Below are positions 49,441 to 62,713 of a DNA stretch of 64,000 nucleotides, piece after piece (the first letter of the stretch is position 1; every line of letters begins with the position of its first letter). The notes beneath the pieces were generated by a model. That model saw only the letters and a program-made list of their open reading frames with translations, ran no database searches and was not told where the DNA came from. The stretch is from Yuukianura sp. NJ FZ-2021 (taxonomy: Eukaryota), in assembly GCA_046563655.1 (NCBI GenBank), contig CM102284.1, forward strand, positions 8,866,001 to 8,930,000, given 5' to 3'. The position numbers were made by a program, and so were the translations under genes.

Positions 49441-51384
49441 ATGAATGTCATAAAGTATTTGAAATTAGCGAGTAGTGGTAATCGTTCATGGAACGGAAGC
49501 AAGTCACCACGATTTTTGTACTGCATTTCTAATTCAGAATTTCATACCACAAGTTTTCGCCAACGGAAACAGGAGTTGAAGCAATCGGTTCCAATTCCAG
49601 GAGAAGTCAAGCCATTTTCTCCAGAGACGAAACTCCAGTCACCCTCTGCATCACCCATCACAAGCAGTTTTACATGTCGAACACATACTTGCGGAGAGCT
49701 AACGAGGAACAATGTTGGTCAAAAAGTGACACTAATGGGTTGGATGATGTTCAAACGTTACGGAGGAAAGTTCATTGCAATTCGTGATTCTTATGGTCAA
49801 ACACAAGCGATTATTCCTGCCGAGGTAAGCTAAACTATAATAAAGGTATGCTGGGGTCTCACTAATTATTGAAACGTTTTTTCCTTCACAGAAGCAACAC
49901 TTACTGGATATAACTGAGCATCTCGAATACGAATCGGTGATAAGTATCTCTGGTACAGTCACACTTCGTCCACCAAGTCAACAGCGGACCACAAGCACAA
50001 CTGGTGAAATTGAACTTTTAGTTGATGACCTCACTGTGCTCAATAGACAAACTGGAATGAAGCTCCCTTCGTACAAAGAGTTTGGTTCAGTAGGTTCGCT
50101 AATCTTTGTAACTTTCGAAAACTAACAAGTATTGACGCTAACAACTTTTTCTTTGTAGACCGAAGAAGATTTGCAAATGAAATTTCGATACTTGACCATG
50201 AGGACAGAGTTGATGCAAAAACGTTTACGATTTCGGGCTGAACTGATTAGCCGAATGCGTCAATTCATGCAGAAGCATCACTTTGTAGACGTTGAGACGC
50301 CGACGCTTCTACGACGATCTCACGGCGTAAATCATCTTCAATCAATCACTAATTTTTACGATATTTGTGATTTTTTTTGTATCCTTTTGTCCTAGGGTGC
50401 TCGTGAGTTTATAGTTCCAACACATCATCAAGGCCTTTACTACTCCCTTGCTCAATCGCCACAGATTCTAAAGCAGCTACTCATGGTTGGTGGAATCGAC
50501 AGGTCAAGATTACTAGTTGAATTAATTGATTAATTAACGATTAATTTGTGCTTGTGTCTTGTTTTTTAGATATTATCAAGTTGCCCGGTGCTATCGAGAC
50601 GAAAAGTCACGACCAGATCGGCAACCAGAATTCACTCAACTGGATGTCGAGCTTTCGTTTACCACGAGAGACCATGTTATGAAACTAATCGAAGAACTAA
50701 TTAGAGAAACTCTGCAAATTGCTACCAACACACCGCCATTTCAAACCCTAACTTTTGAAAATGCCATGAAGACTTACGGAACTGACAAACCGGACACGGG
50801 TGACTTCGTTTGGGTAATCGATTTCCCGCTCTTTGTTGAAAAAGAAGGCAATCTGGAATCTGCTCATCATCCGTTCACAATGCCTGCTGACGAAGAAACT
50901 ATCTACAAGGATCCACTCAAGGTAAGACCAAACGTTAGTTAACATAATCAATTAATCGTAATCAATTAACTATGGTTTTTCTTAAAATTAGGCAGTTGGA
51001 CTCAGTTATGATCTCGTGTACAAAGGAAATGAAATCTGCGGCGGATCAATCCGAATTCACAATGCAAATTTACAACGACATATTTACCAAGACCTGTTAA
51101 AGTATCCTGTGGACGATATCGAGTACCTTCTCACGGCACTGGAGTCGGGATGCCCTCCTCACGGCGGATTTGCAATAGGTAATTAGCCAATTAATCAAAT
51201 AATCAACAGTGATTTAAGTAATTCCTTTCGTGCAGGAATTGATCGATTAGTTGCACTGTTGACTGGAGGAAACAGCATTCGTGATGTTATTGCTTTCCCG
51301 AAAACTTCTGAAGGGAAAGATTTGCTCAGCGGAGCTCCTCAACTGCTCAGTGAAAACGATCGACACTTTTACCACCAGAAGTGA
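49441..51384 (+). CDS. DARS2: Mitochondrial aspartyl-tRNA synthetase, multi-exon
   Basis: [90 protein letters not shown]. Confidence 0.95.
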
Positions 51385-51772
51385 CTTTTTTTAAAGAATT
51401 CTGGTTAAAGTTGACTGCGAATTGAGTAAAATGTTTCCAGTTTTATAGCATTTGCGAGTTGCGAATTTACATTTACGTTGCATAATATTTGAAGACAGTT
51501 TTTTGAAGTTTAAGGCAACTAATCTAGAAAGCAAGTTTAAGCCGCTGCGTTTTACAATTTAAAAGCAAAAGGAAGAAGTCTTAATTACTTTTAGTAGCCA
51601 AAACGTGACTTACTGTTTGAGTTTTCCAAAAGCTGAGTTAACTTTTTAAGTTATTGTCCAATATTTGAAGCTTGTCACTTCCAGTTTTGTCACGGTTCGA
51701 TAGTCTCAACAGTATCCACTACTATCGAGGCGCGATAGTCGATAGAGATGCTGACGCTGAGATACAAAATAT

Positions 51773-54369
51773 CTAGTTCATCCAGCTGCGATATTCATGA
51801 GGCAGAGCTCCCCGTCTTGGATAAAATGTGTGACGAACTAAACAAAACAACACAATTTCCATCATTTAGCAAATCTAAAAAATTTTTATAAAGGATGCCG
51901 AACTTACCCGAGTAGCGCAGCAAATTCGTGATGTTGGAAGTATAAATGTCGGCAAATCGAAATACACGACGTGAGAAAAACGTTGGATTCAAGTGAGTTC
52001 TAAACATGCTGCCAAATTGGGGATTGAAAATTTCCTTGTTCCTTTTCCGAATTTGGTTTCTTTCTGCCTGCCATTCTCGTATGACCGGTTGAGCTTGAGG
52101 GTCATCCAGATCTTGGTAAGTTTCGAGTAGTGAGGTCATGAAGTTCTGCCAGTTCATGTCAAACTTAAACTCCGGTGTGTTCAGGGTCTCAATTTCATGC
52201 TGCCAAAAACAAATATAAATTGAACATTTTGTATGATAGTAATCGATTAAAATAGTGATTTTAATCACCTGCAGTTCTTTTATGATTGCTCCTGTTCTCC
52301 ATCCATGATGCAGTGTCACATCAGCCAAGTCAGAGTACGGATGATCTCCAAAGTAAAGAACATTTTGTCCCTTCCAGCCTGTCATTTTCATAAACTGCTG
52401 CAGTGTTCCTCCGTAGTAGACTTTTCCTGGTTCGAGCGATGTGACACGATCCCACAGACGAGCATCCATATCAGGATCGTAGAGTCGGAAAGGATTGGAT
52501 TCACCCGAGAAAAAGTATGGCTTCTTAGCTCCAACTATCGTTACATGAAAGAAATCTATCCAATCGTCACCCAAGATGTAACTCAGTCCTCGGTCACTGT
52601 TAAAAAAATATCAAAAATTGGGAAACTTTTGAATTTTTCAGATTTTGAAAAAAAAAACATTTAAGTGTTGGCAGCACCCCCACCGGTACTGGAGATCCGG
52701 GGATTATTGGGGTTTTCCGAGGTCGAATGTAGGGATTTGGGGTGTGATGGGGATTTCATTATTTTAAATCCCCGGGGAATGATCAAATCCCCGGGGAAGG
52801 GCAACACTGTTGATAACGGAACTTACACAAAGGGATACGGGCTGTTGGTTACGAGGAATAGTTGCTTCCCACTGCTCTTCAGTGCAGTCAAGTATTGACG
52901 CAACTTCGGATCTTTTTCCAAGTAAGTTTCCGGGTCATTGAGCACGATTTTATGCATTTTCGGATGGACCTGGTAGATACTTTCCTGGAACAACAAAAAA
53001 GTATCGAAACTTGTCAATATTAGTAAAAATGGAAAGCTTAGTTGAACTATTGCTTAACTTAGCTTAACTTTGTCAATTAAACTTACTTTTATGTCGCGGT
53101 ACAAACTCTCTGGACTGTAGTCATAGTTGTGTTGATGCAAGTATTCAGTGACATTCGAAAGGAGATTCATTTCAGGCAGGGAGAACAAGTCAGACAATTG
53201 TACCATACAGGGCTTCCTGCAATTTCAAAAATTGTTATTTCCTGAGATATCAAAAATTTTGATTCAAAATCAAAATTCGGCCTAATTCGCAACTAACCCG
53301 TAATCGCGATTCGGACCTTCATCGACGAAGCTCAACGGAATTTTGCGACTTCCGTATTCTGCTATGACTTCCTCGTCGGACAATGGAGTCAGTCCACGGT
53401 AGACACAACCTAACTGGATTTGCATCGATGTGTCCAATTTCAACAAAAGTCCTCGCTTGAAATCATACAACAGTCCACGAACTTGCCAACTCTACAAAAC
53501 AAATTATCAAAATATCGGTCCGTTTTCAGGGAAAACTTTTTAGCATGTATCATTTGAAGTGTAACTCACTGGATTGTACTGGAGATTCTCAACTTCCTTG
53601 GGATACTGAAACGACAACAAAACGTTCATTGGCACCATCGCATGATACTTCCAGCGTTTTTTTAAAGAATGTTTCAAATTTTTGTACCTTATAAACGTTA
53701 ATCAGCACATCCCGTCCCAAATTGTAAATGAGACGTTCCAACTCGGGCTTGTAATTGGCCAAAGTATAGTCGTAGTCGAATCCATACACTTGAATATCTC
53801 TGAGATTGAGTCTGTTACATGCAAATACTGCATGAGGATCTACGTCTTCCGGTAATTTCTTAGCTAAAAAAAGATAAAACAGATCAATTAATTGGTATAA
53901 CACAGGAAAGATGTTGATTAATATTCGTTTCCTTACATTTGCAGTATTGGTAAGCATCGTCGTATGCCTTGCGGAGTTGGTCTGCCTTACTGAGATCTGT
54001 TTCATGGTAGTCATCATGCGGAAATCGAAGATGACTAGGAGATATAGTGCCTCCAGCTCCAGCTGAAGGACAGGAAGAAGATGAACTTTGATGAATTAGT
54101 CTAGGACGATTGATTTTGTTCGTTGGGATAATCGGGACTCTTGGTTCATTGCGCCCAGTACTACTTTTGTCCCGTTGTCCTCCACTTCCAGTGGCTCCAG
54201 AAGAATTAAGTGCTCCTTCTGCCTTTGTTGATGAGAGATTCCGTAGGCCAAGGCCACTGCTAGGTAAGATGACCTCCAGTGGCTGATGCAAAAGGGTAGC
54301 TGCACTGCCATAACCAGCTGCAGTACTAATCTTCAACGACTTAAAATATCTCCAACTAATCATGGTCAT
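51773..54369 (-). CDS. 5'-nucleotidase domain-containing protein (NT5DC2/3-like, HAD family)
   Basis: VYGFDYDYTLA, LFLVTNSP, YFGDHPYSDLAD, GWRTGAII, FNPQFGSMFRT, HTFYPRR..LPHE. Confidence 0.93.
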
Positions 54370-55425
54370 TCAAAATTAATGCAACCACACAAGGAATAGT
54401 TTAGAAGTAACTGATTGCCTAGTTTATGAACGGAACAGTAGTGGTGGAGGCTGTCCAATATAATTTAAGTGTCTGATCTTCTTGGAGGAAGGTATTTGCG
54501 TGTTGTAACTGAAGAATGAACTACTGGCAGGTCATGCCAAGCAATAAAAGTAAGTTAGTAAATAGGAAACTCAACACTTAATTGCCAAACTTAATTGATA
54601 TTTAACTTCTAGTTCCAATCACTTCTGCTTCTGATGTCCGTCCACAAACTACTCACGTGCAAAACCATTATCAGCTGTTGCTGACACTCTTTTTTACGGA
54701 ATCCCGTTAAATTCTTGTCCTCAAGGTCAACTTCCAAAAACGCTTGGCACAGAAGCTTTTCTTAAAAACTTTTCTTTTAAAAACAACTTTATTTAGAAAA
54801 AAAAATTTTTTTTTTGACAAAAAGTAAACAAGTCGTCACCGTAAGGATTAACGACCATCGAAATATCGTACAGTGCAGCTTATACGCCATTTTAGTGGCT
54901 ACAATTGACGGCTACACCCCAAACTTAAAAATCCACCTTAGCCTACTAACCTAAAACTCAAAGTGGCAACAAAAGTTGCCATACCATATAATAGCCAGTG
55001 AAAAAAAGCAGAGAAGCTAGTGGAGTCTAACACTGTGGTTATATCTTACTTCAACCAAAAAATGTCAACGGAGTTTGATTTGAAAAATTCCCGCCGTCAC
55101 TTTCGTTTACAGCAGAAAATGTTGTATAAACGAAACGGCGTCTTCAAACTTTCACTTTCGATTTAACATTTAATTCTTACGAGAATTCGCAGCAGAAGAG
55201 AAACGAAAGTTATTTAAAATTTAGTTAGTTAATTTTAATTAGCTAATTTTAATTTAAAATTACCTTTGGAGTAACTAATTTCAGTTTCCTCAGCTAGCCG
55301 AAGACAACAGCTGAGTTTTCACTTTTTTTTAGGAGAGTGCGCGAACCAGGGTTTCTTTTGTTCGATAAGGAGTCGCACATTCGTTTTTTTCCCTCCGTTG
55401 TCGTCGTCAGTGGCCATTTTGCGAG

Positions 55426-56649
55426 ATGGGGTCACTCCCCGTCGGATCACCACTCTATTGTTGCAACTCTTGCGGTCATTTACCGGATTACGGTGAGAAT
55501 CGGGCGTACTTCATGACTTCATGTGGACACGTTCTCTGTGAGAACTGCTGTCGGGCTGGTAAGTTGCATATTGGATATGGATATCAATTGATTGTAATTT
55601 TAACACCAATGCGCTAATTACCAACTATGAATCGCTCCTTTCCTGTTAATTGGACCAAGATTAGTCAATGTTTATGTTTATGGTAGGTGGACTCACTTGT
55701 GTACGGTGTCAGCTGAAATGCCGTTACGCCGAAATCAGCAACACTGGAGCCATGAAACCGGAAATCAGAATTTACTTCTCAAATCCAATGGATATTTTGA
55801 AAGACGCAGTCGCTCGAGTTGTAAAAGTCACCCAGTTTCAATCCTCTCAGGCAGAACTCTACAGGAGCCAGATGAGCCAAATCGTTCGTTTCAAGCACGA
55901 AATTTGACGACTGCAAAACTGTGACAAAACGTTTATTCATTTCAGGTTAAAAGGAACAAAACGTTGGAAGACCGGGTGGAGTCTCTGGCGAATGAAAATG
56001 TCACCCTCAAGGACAAGTTGGACACACTTCAACAGTAGGTTTTTCTTTAGCATTAGCATTCCGCAATGATCTTTTACACTCTTATCTGTTTGTTCTTAGA
56101 CGAGAGCAGAGTTGGATGGGGACTACAGCGATTCCAACATCTCATGAAGATGCTGGTGGATTCTTCAATATCGCACCGATTCCAGAACCGTCGCCATTTT
56201 TTGGTCCACCGCTCAATACCAATAGGACTCAAAATCGTACAACGTTTGGATCTTCGTCCCATGGTGACAATGCTTCCAATTTTGGCCAGGAGCGTCTCAC
56301 GCGTCGACATACTCCAACTCTCCAGGATATCCAGTCATTTCCTCACGGAAATCCGTCAACTCATCGCAACAGCAGTGTCAACAGGTAAATGTTTAGCCAC
56401 AAATCCGTTGTTAATCAATTAATTAGAAACCAGAGCTAGATTTTTCTTTATTCCAGACTGTTTCCTCCGCCTCCGACTTTCAACTCAGGAGTTTCTGGAT
56501 TGAGACATCATTCCAGCTCTAACTCAAATGCCGCCACCATGAGTTCTCGACTTGCCTTCAATCATCCAGTTGTCACCGTTTCTCGGAACAACTCCGACAC
56601 GTATCACACTACAACCAATTTGCTCTCTAGACTCCGCAATAATCTCTAA
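55426..56649 (+). CDS. RNF212/Zip3-like RING and coiled-coil protein (meiotic crossover E3 family)
   Basis: CNSC..YFMTSCGHVLCENC..CVRC..C..EI...MKPEIRIYFSNP, V.KVTQFQ, then coiled coil and Ser-rich tail. Confidence 0.75.
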
Positions 56650-57246
56650 TTTCAGCCATAATCTCTTAGTTGCTTACTCTTAAGTAGCGGAAGTAGACAT
56701 TGGATTTAGCAGTTAACGTTACTAGTGACGAACATGATTTCTGTAGATGATTAGCATTTAAAAACAACCAATTCCTTGCTTAAACTCACCTCACTTTTGC
56801 TGACGACATGCTTTTGTTCATTTGATCTCTCCAGTTTTTATCTGCGTGGCCAATCAATGATCTAGAAAGGTATTAAGATAAAGTGGCGTGTCTCCTGTGT
56901 CCTGCATGCTCTTAACGCTTAGTCTAATCGTAAATTTGCAATGTAAATAACTTTTTAGTTTGGGTGGATTAGTGGGACACTCCAGGGGCTTTGTCATAAT
57001 TTGATTTGTGCACAACAGCTCTTGACAACAGCTAAAGAACGCGCAATTTAGTGTAGGTGTTGGACACAGAAGTTGTGGAACTCTCGGACACTTTTTAGCT
57101 CTTGCGTATGCGTTTCAGTGCATCCGAAATATCCATTGATTACCAGTTTTTATCTAATCCTCAATTGTTAATTGAAGTTGTAATTTTTTGTTTCTGCAGA
57201 AGACTCAGAAGCTAACGTAGAGTTCCAGCGGCTAAGACCTTTCATC

Positions 57247-60200
57247 ATGGCCGCTCGCCTGCGGAATTTGGTGATAACGGCCTGTCTTGTCCTAATTTTT
57301 ATTCCGTTTGGAGCTGGCTTGAATCGATCAGTGTCCAGTGACAGTGACTCCGTAGTGCCAGTGGTCAGTGTTCAGAACCCAGCTGAGTATGGACTCGGAA
57401 CGAAAACGAATCAAGAACGTTCTGGTTCCGCTGACTTGGAACGTTCGAATACTGGAAGTACTGACATTATTGATGCTGAAATCAAAGAACGAATTCCATT
57501 GGCTGACAACAGTGAACGGCTGACCGGATTGGTGGAGGATTTGGAGTCCATAGGTTGCTACGATGTTTGGGAGAACAAAACAGACTATTTGCATGACAGT
57601 GTTATGCCGCGAAATTCACTCACTTCTTGTTCCTCACTTTGTGAATCGTTGGTACGTTTTAATTATCAATTCGATTAATTACAATAAGGTCTTAGGTTAA
57701 ATTTATTTCTTCGTGTTCTAGTATTCGAAGGCCCTGATTCCAAGAGAGTACATCGTTGGTGTCCGAGGTTCCTCTTGTTTCTGTCCGTACATGGACACTT
57801 TCGATTTGGTCCGAGTGTCAGACGATCACTGTCCCATCGACTGCTATGACCTCGAACCTTCAAATTCAATTGCCAGAGGCGAGAAAACGTGTGGTGGGAG
57901 CTACACAATTTCGGCGTATTGTCCAAAAAGTACTGGCAAGTGCGAACCGTTCAAATCCAGACCAGTCAAGGACTTGTATGCTGAAATTGACGAACCTCAA
58001 CCTGAACTTACGACGCAACTTACCACACTGAACGAAGGTCAACGACAAGTAGAAGGCCCAACAAAGTTTCCTTTCTGTGCAAATTGTTCAATTTGTGAAG
58101 GAACTCTGCGTGTCCTGTACGACTACATTGCTAATCATACAACTGCTGACGTTTGTGTCCGATTCTGTCGACGCAGGATTACAAACTATGACGGCCTGTA
58201 CGAACTCAAAACCCGAGAACCTACGAAGTATGCCGTTTTTGGATGGGCTATCAGAGCCACGGACACGACTGTCCCAACTTGTGGGTGTACCGATGACCTT
58301 GAGAAATTGACTGCAGTGGACAATCAACTTTGTGACAAGCAGTGCGACGATGGATCATATTGTGGGTCCGACAAGTTACCAAATATCGGGACAGTTTATT
58401 CTACGGAAAGTGGAAAGCCGACTGACGATGACGGAGGTACTGGAAATTCGACAAAATTTCTATTTATATCCAAAAGTACTTAAAAGTTCACAGAAAATTT
58501 TAGTACTTAAAAGTTCATTTGTGTAAAAAGTTGTTGTTCAAGTGGTTTAATCACAATTTTAAGATAATTTCTGGATACGTCATTTTAGATACTACCACAA
58601 CACCATCACCGAGTACACAGGAAACTACAACGCAAGCTCCGCCTCCACAAACTGAATGTGGCGACCGAAAGCAATGTCGTGGACATGATCCTTATGGACA
58701 ACCTTGGACAGCATGTGCTGGCGACACCCGAACTGATACTTGCCCGAACGGTGCGACCGGAGGAGGAGCCAGTTGGAAATGTCTGGACACTGGACAATTC
58801 GATGGTCCATCACCAATTTACACAAACTGTACTACCCAATGGGTCCAGCAGCTCGACGCTGCTTTAGAAGTAACAAAGTTTAAACGTTTTGAAAACGATT
58901 TTTTGAGAAATGAATTGGAAAATTGGAATTGATTTTTTTCTGTTTTTAAGGATGGAACGGCTACCTCAGCTCTAAAAATTTTAGTCACCGTGGAAGACAT
59001 GTGCACCAAAGCAAAAGATTTGGAGAACACGGAAGCCCAGTACTTTGGACACGAAATAGTCCAAATCCTGTCAATGGTTGAAGCGGTCATCAAGGACACA
59101 AAGTTGACCGAAGAAACGAGTTTACCCGAATTTGAAGAATTGGCAAACACTGTGACATTTATAGGAGACTCGGTCCTTACTAATGCTAGGACATGGGCGC
59201 AACTCTCTGGCGTAAGCTTCAAAATTATGTTTTCAAAATTCGAGTTTTTCGAACTTCAACTTTTTTTTCTTGCAGTCTGCACTTTCTCATGCTGTGTCGA
59301 CTTTCCTTCGGACTCTTGAGGAAAGTAGCTTCGAGTTGGCCGAAAAAGCGCAGAGTTGTGGACGCTCCGACTACAGCAAATCCTTCTTAAGTGACATGAT
59401 TTCGTCAATGGCCGGACTGACCAGTGTGGATGCAAACAGTAACGAGACGCTGAAATTTGAAAGTGGAGGATCCTACATTGAATTGCCACCGGGATGGCAG
59501 AAAGTTTTTCCACCAACAGTACATTATGGATCACAATTCAGTGGATTGGGCATCGTCACAGTCAAGTCAAATCCATTTCCATCAAATATAAGGCAAGGAA
59601 ATAATCAAAATTTTGAAAACTTTTAGGAAAAAAAAAGTTAACATTTTATCTCTTTTGGAAAACGGAAGAGTTAGTTTTGTTTTTGGTTTTAGTGGATTGA
59701 CGGGAGAAGAAGATACAAAAGACTTCAATGGAAGAATTATGGGGTTCAGTTTGACCAGACCAACCGACAATGCTACGATTACTTTCCCGGGTAATTAGAA
59801 AAGTGAAAGGTCAAAGGTCATTGACAGGAATATTCTATGTGTTTTGGGATAAACATGGTCCATGTCACTCGGAAGTCGGATGGACATATGTTCAGGAAGG
59901 ATTTACTTCTTATCTTTGCATCTAATGTCCAGTTCAGTAGCATCAAGCGTCAACTTGTAGACATAATCTGCTAGATTTGACTTTTTTCGTTTCAATTACT
60001 AATTGAATGTTGTTTTTAGATGCTGGAGTTTACATCCGGATTCAGCATGACGTCGTGGCATGGGGAAATGGGCAACAACGCAAAGAAATACGACGAAAAC
60101 TGCATGCTGGAGAACAAACCAAAGCTATCTTGGGATCAGGCGTCTGCGCTTACTGGGACACAAAGCTTGGGTATAACCGATTTCAGAAAAGTTTTTACGA

Positions 60201-62141
60201 AAAAGCATGATTTATGACCAAAAAAACTTGGATTTTATCAAAATTATGAAAGTTTTGTGCACTTTTTTGAAATGTAGGGTTTGGTCTCAAGATGGATGTA
60301 AACTGATCGCTTCGGATTCGGACGTTACTCAATGCGAATGTTCTCATCTGACATCTTTCGCTGTTTTATTTTCATACTACGACTATGTGGTAATCCTCAA
60401 TTTCGAATTTCGAAAAACGGCATTTCGAATTTTGAAATTTTGAAACTTTTCATATTGTATTTTCTTTTCAAGGAAAAATCGCTGCCGCTGGAAGTATTGA
60501 CGATTGTTTTATGCTCTCTGTCTGTCGTCTGCCTGTTGGCGACCATCGTCATTTTTACTGTCGTAACAACAACTCATGGAACACGGACGACTATTACCAA
60601 GAACTTGGCCTTTTGTCTCCTCATCGGAAATGTGCTGATGCTGCTCGTCGTCGATCGAAACTATTTTGATATGTCAGAGGTCAGTTTTAGCTCAACCAAA
60701 GATTCATGGTAGTGTCAAATTGTAGTGGAAAATACTGTATACTTGTCACGTTTTCCAGGATTTTTGCACTGGAGCTGGAATCGTTACGCACTACATCTTT
60801 CTGTGTGCCTTCATGTGGATGGCTATCGAAGGATATCACTTGTACAAAATGATGGTGCATGTATTTGATTCTGGACATAGTCGATTGAGGATCCTCAGGA
60901 TAATCGGCTATGGATTTCCTTTGCTAATTGTAATCGTGACTGGAGTAATCGGAGTTTCTATGAATCAGAAACCCTACGGTGGAGAGGAATTGTAAGTGTG
61001 CTGCCAATTACTTTTAGAAAAGTTTCAGTTTTTCAAGAAAAGTTTTATTTTTTTAGTTAATTGAAAATTCCGGAATGTTTTTTCAGTTGTTGGCTAAATG
61101 GACAGTACGCGCTTGCGTTCATTGTCCCAGTCGGAATTGTCGTTTTTGTAAGGACACTTTTTAAAATGAAACTTTTTCGTCAGATCAATCAGATTTTAAA
61201 TAGTTAAATCAGATTTTTTTTTAAAGTTTTTTTTTACTCTTGCAGGGAAATTTTGTAGTTTTGGTGATCACACTGCGGACAGCATATAGTGTGCGGAGCT
61301 CTCCGTCACAGATTCACGATCGCAAAAGATCGTTTCGGTAAGGAATGGCATTGATTCTGACGGTTTTTTAACATTTGTAAGTTGTGATGTTTGAAAACTG
61401 GTTAGAACATGGATTCGTGGATGCTTTTCGATAACACTTTTACTCGGAACCACGTGGGTTGTGGGGTACATCCAAATGCTGGCCATTGGCTCTGTCGTAT
61501 CTGAAGTCGCCGCGTACATATTCACAATTTTGAATGCATCTCAAGTAAATTCAAATGAAAATGGTCATAAAAGTTTTACCAAAAAACTTTTTTCGTGAAA
61601 AATGTATTGAATTTTAGGGATTTCTTTTGTTCATCTACCACTGTCTGCTGAACGAAAAAGTTCGGATGGCTGCTGAGCGCAGAAACATCCGATACCCGGC
61701 TTGGCTCTCAGATCCTTCGAGCACTACAAACACAAACACGTCTGGAGGAGTACGTTTCTCTTACGATTTGACGTTTTTCTTTCGAAATTTTGAAAAGTCT
61801 AATTTTGGTTTAATTTTTAGGCTTCAATGAAAAACAATAGTCGATTTGGACGTCAGAATGTCAAGTCGTTCTACTCCGATTCCACTGGGAAACCAGAAAT
61901 GAAGTTTGGAGGTGGTGGACCACTGGAGAGATTTGGCAGTCACAATTCAGTCCAGCTAGGTTTGGACAGAAACTCGAAGCTAAATGGACTGAGCTACCCA
62001 ATCAAAAGAGGAAGTGTCCAGCATGGAACAGTGTCCAGTAGTTGTTCTACCGGTTCGTCAACACTTGGCAGTGGATCGGATACGAATCAGAGTCAGAATG
62101 ACCTCCTGCCGGAACTCCGGAGACATCGTCACCTCATTTGA
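57247..62141 (+). CDS. Adhesion GPCR (latrophilin/Cirl-like), multi-exon
   Basis: Signal peptide, Cys-rich ectodomain, hormone-binding-like domain (CPNGATGGGASWKC), GPS motif CAYWD..WSQDGC..CECSHLTSFAVL, 7TM motifs HYIFLCAFMWMAIEG and LLGTTW. Confidence 0.92.
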
Positions 62142-62713
62142 AACCTGCCTGAAATGCCCACCTCTTGGACAGTCCGGTCCTGTCCAACGTTTTTATGTAC
62201 TACTTTGTCGTTTTTACTAGTTACTCGCACTTTCCCGCTCTTTACTTTAAGATTAACTTAACTTTTTTAGTACAAATCAATACTTAGCTTATAGCTGACG
62301 AAAAAATCGTTTTTGAACAAAAGGTGATTAGATGTAAACCGTTTTTGAACAAAAAGTGGTTAGATTTAAAACGTTTTCATCAATGGACTAAAAGAGTTCC
62401 TGAGCTGTTTGAAACTTTGCCTTAGCTTCAACGTCATTTGCTAAAATAAAACTCTTTTTTATTGCAAATACCCGGGGAATTTTTTCAAGGTCAAGGTGAT
62501 TGACCTCTGTTCATGGTTATCTGAGACGAGACAAAGGAATCCACTGCGCAGTATCGTCACGCAGCCTTGCCGAGCTGAGATTATGTTCAAACAGCCATTG
62601 CTTTTCAGTTGTCCTTTTCTGCTGAGTTTGCTGAAGTCTGTTCCTTTCCTTGTTCGTTTTCATCAATTAACGATTAATTAATCAAGTACATATTTAGATC
62701 AGTTGGAGTAGAA

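Noticed and set aside
52660-52810. MITE in an NT5DC intron (GGGGATTT/AAATCCCC motifs, GTGTTG..CAACAC ends)
   Set aside because: Probably a repeat remnant, but no matching TSD and the ends are degenerate.
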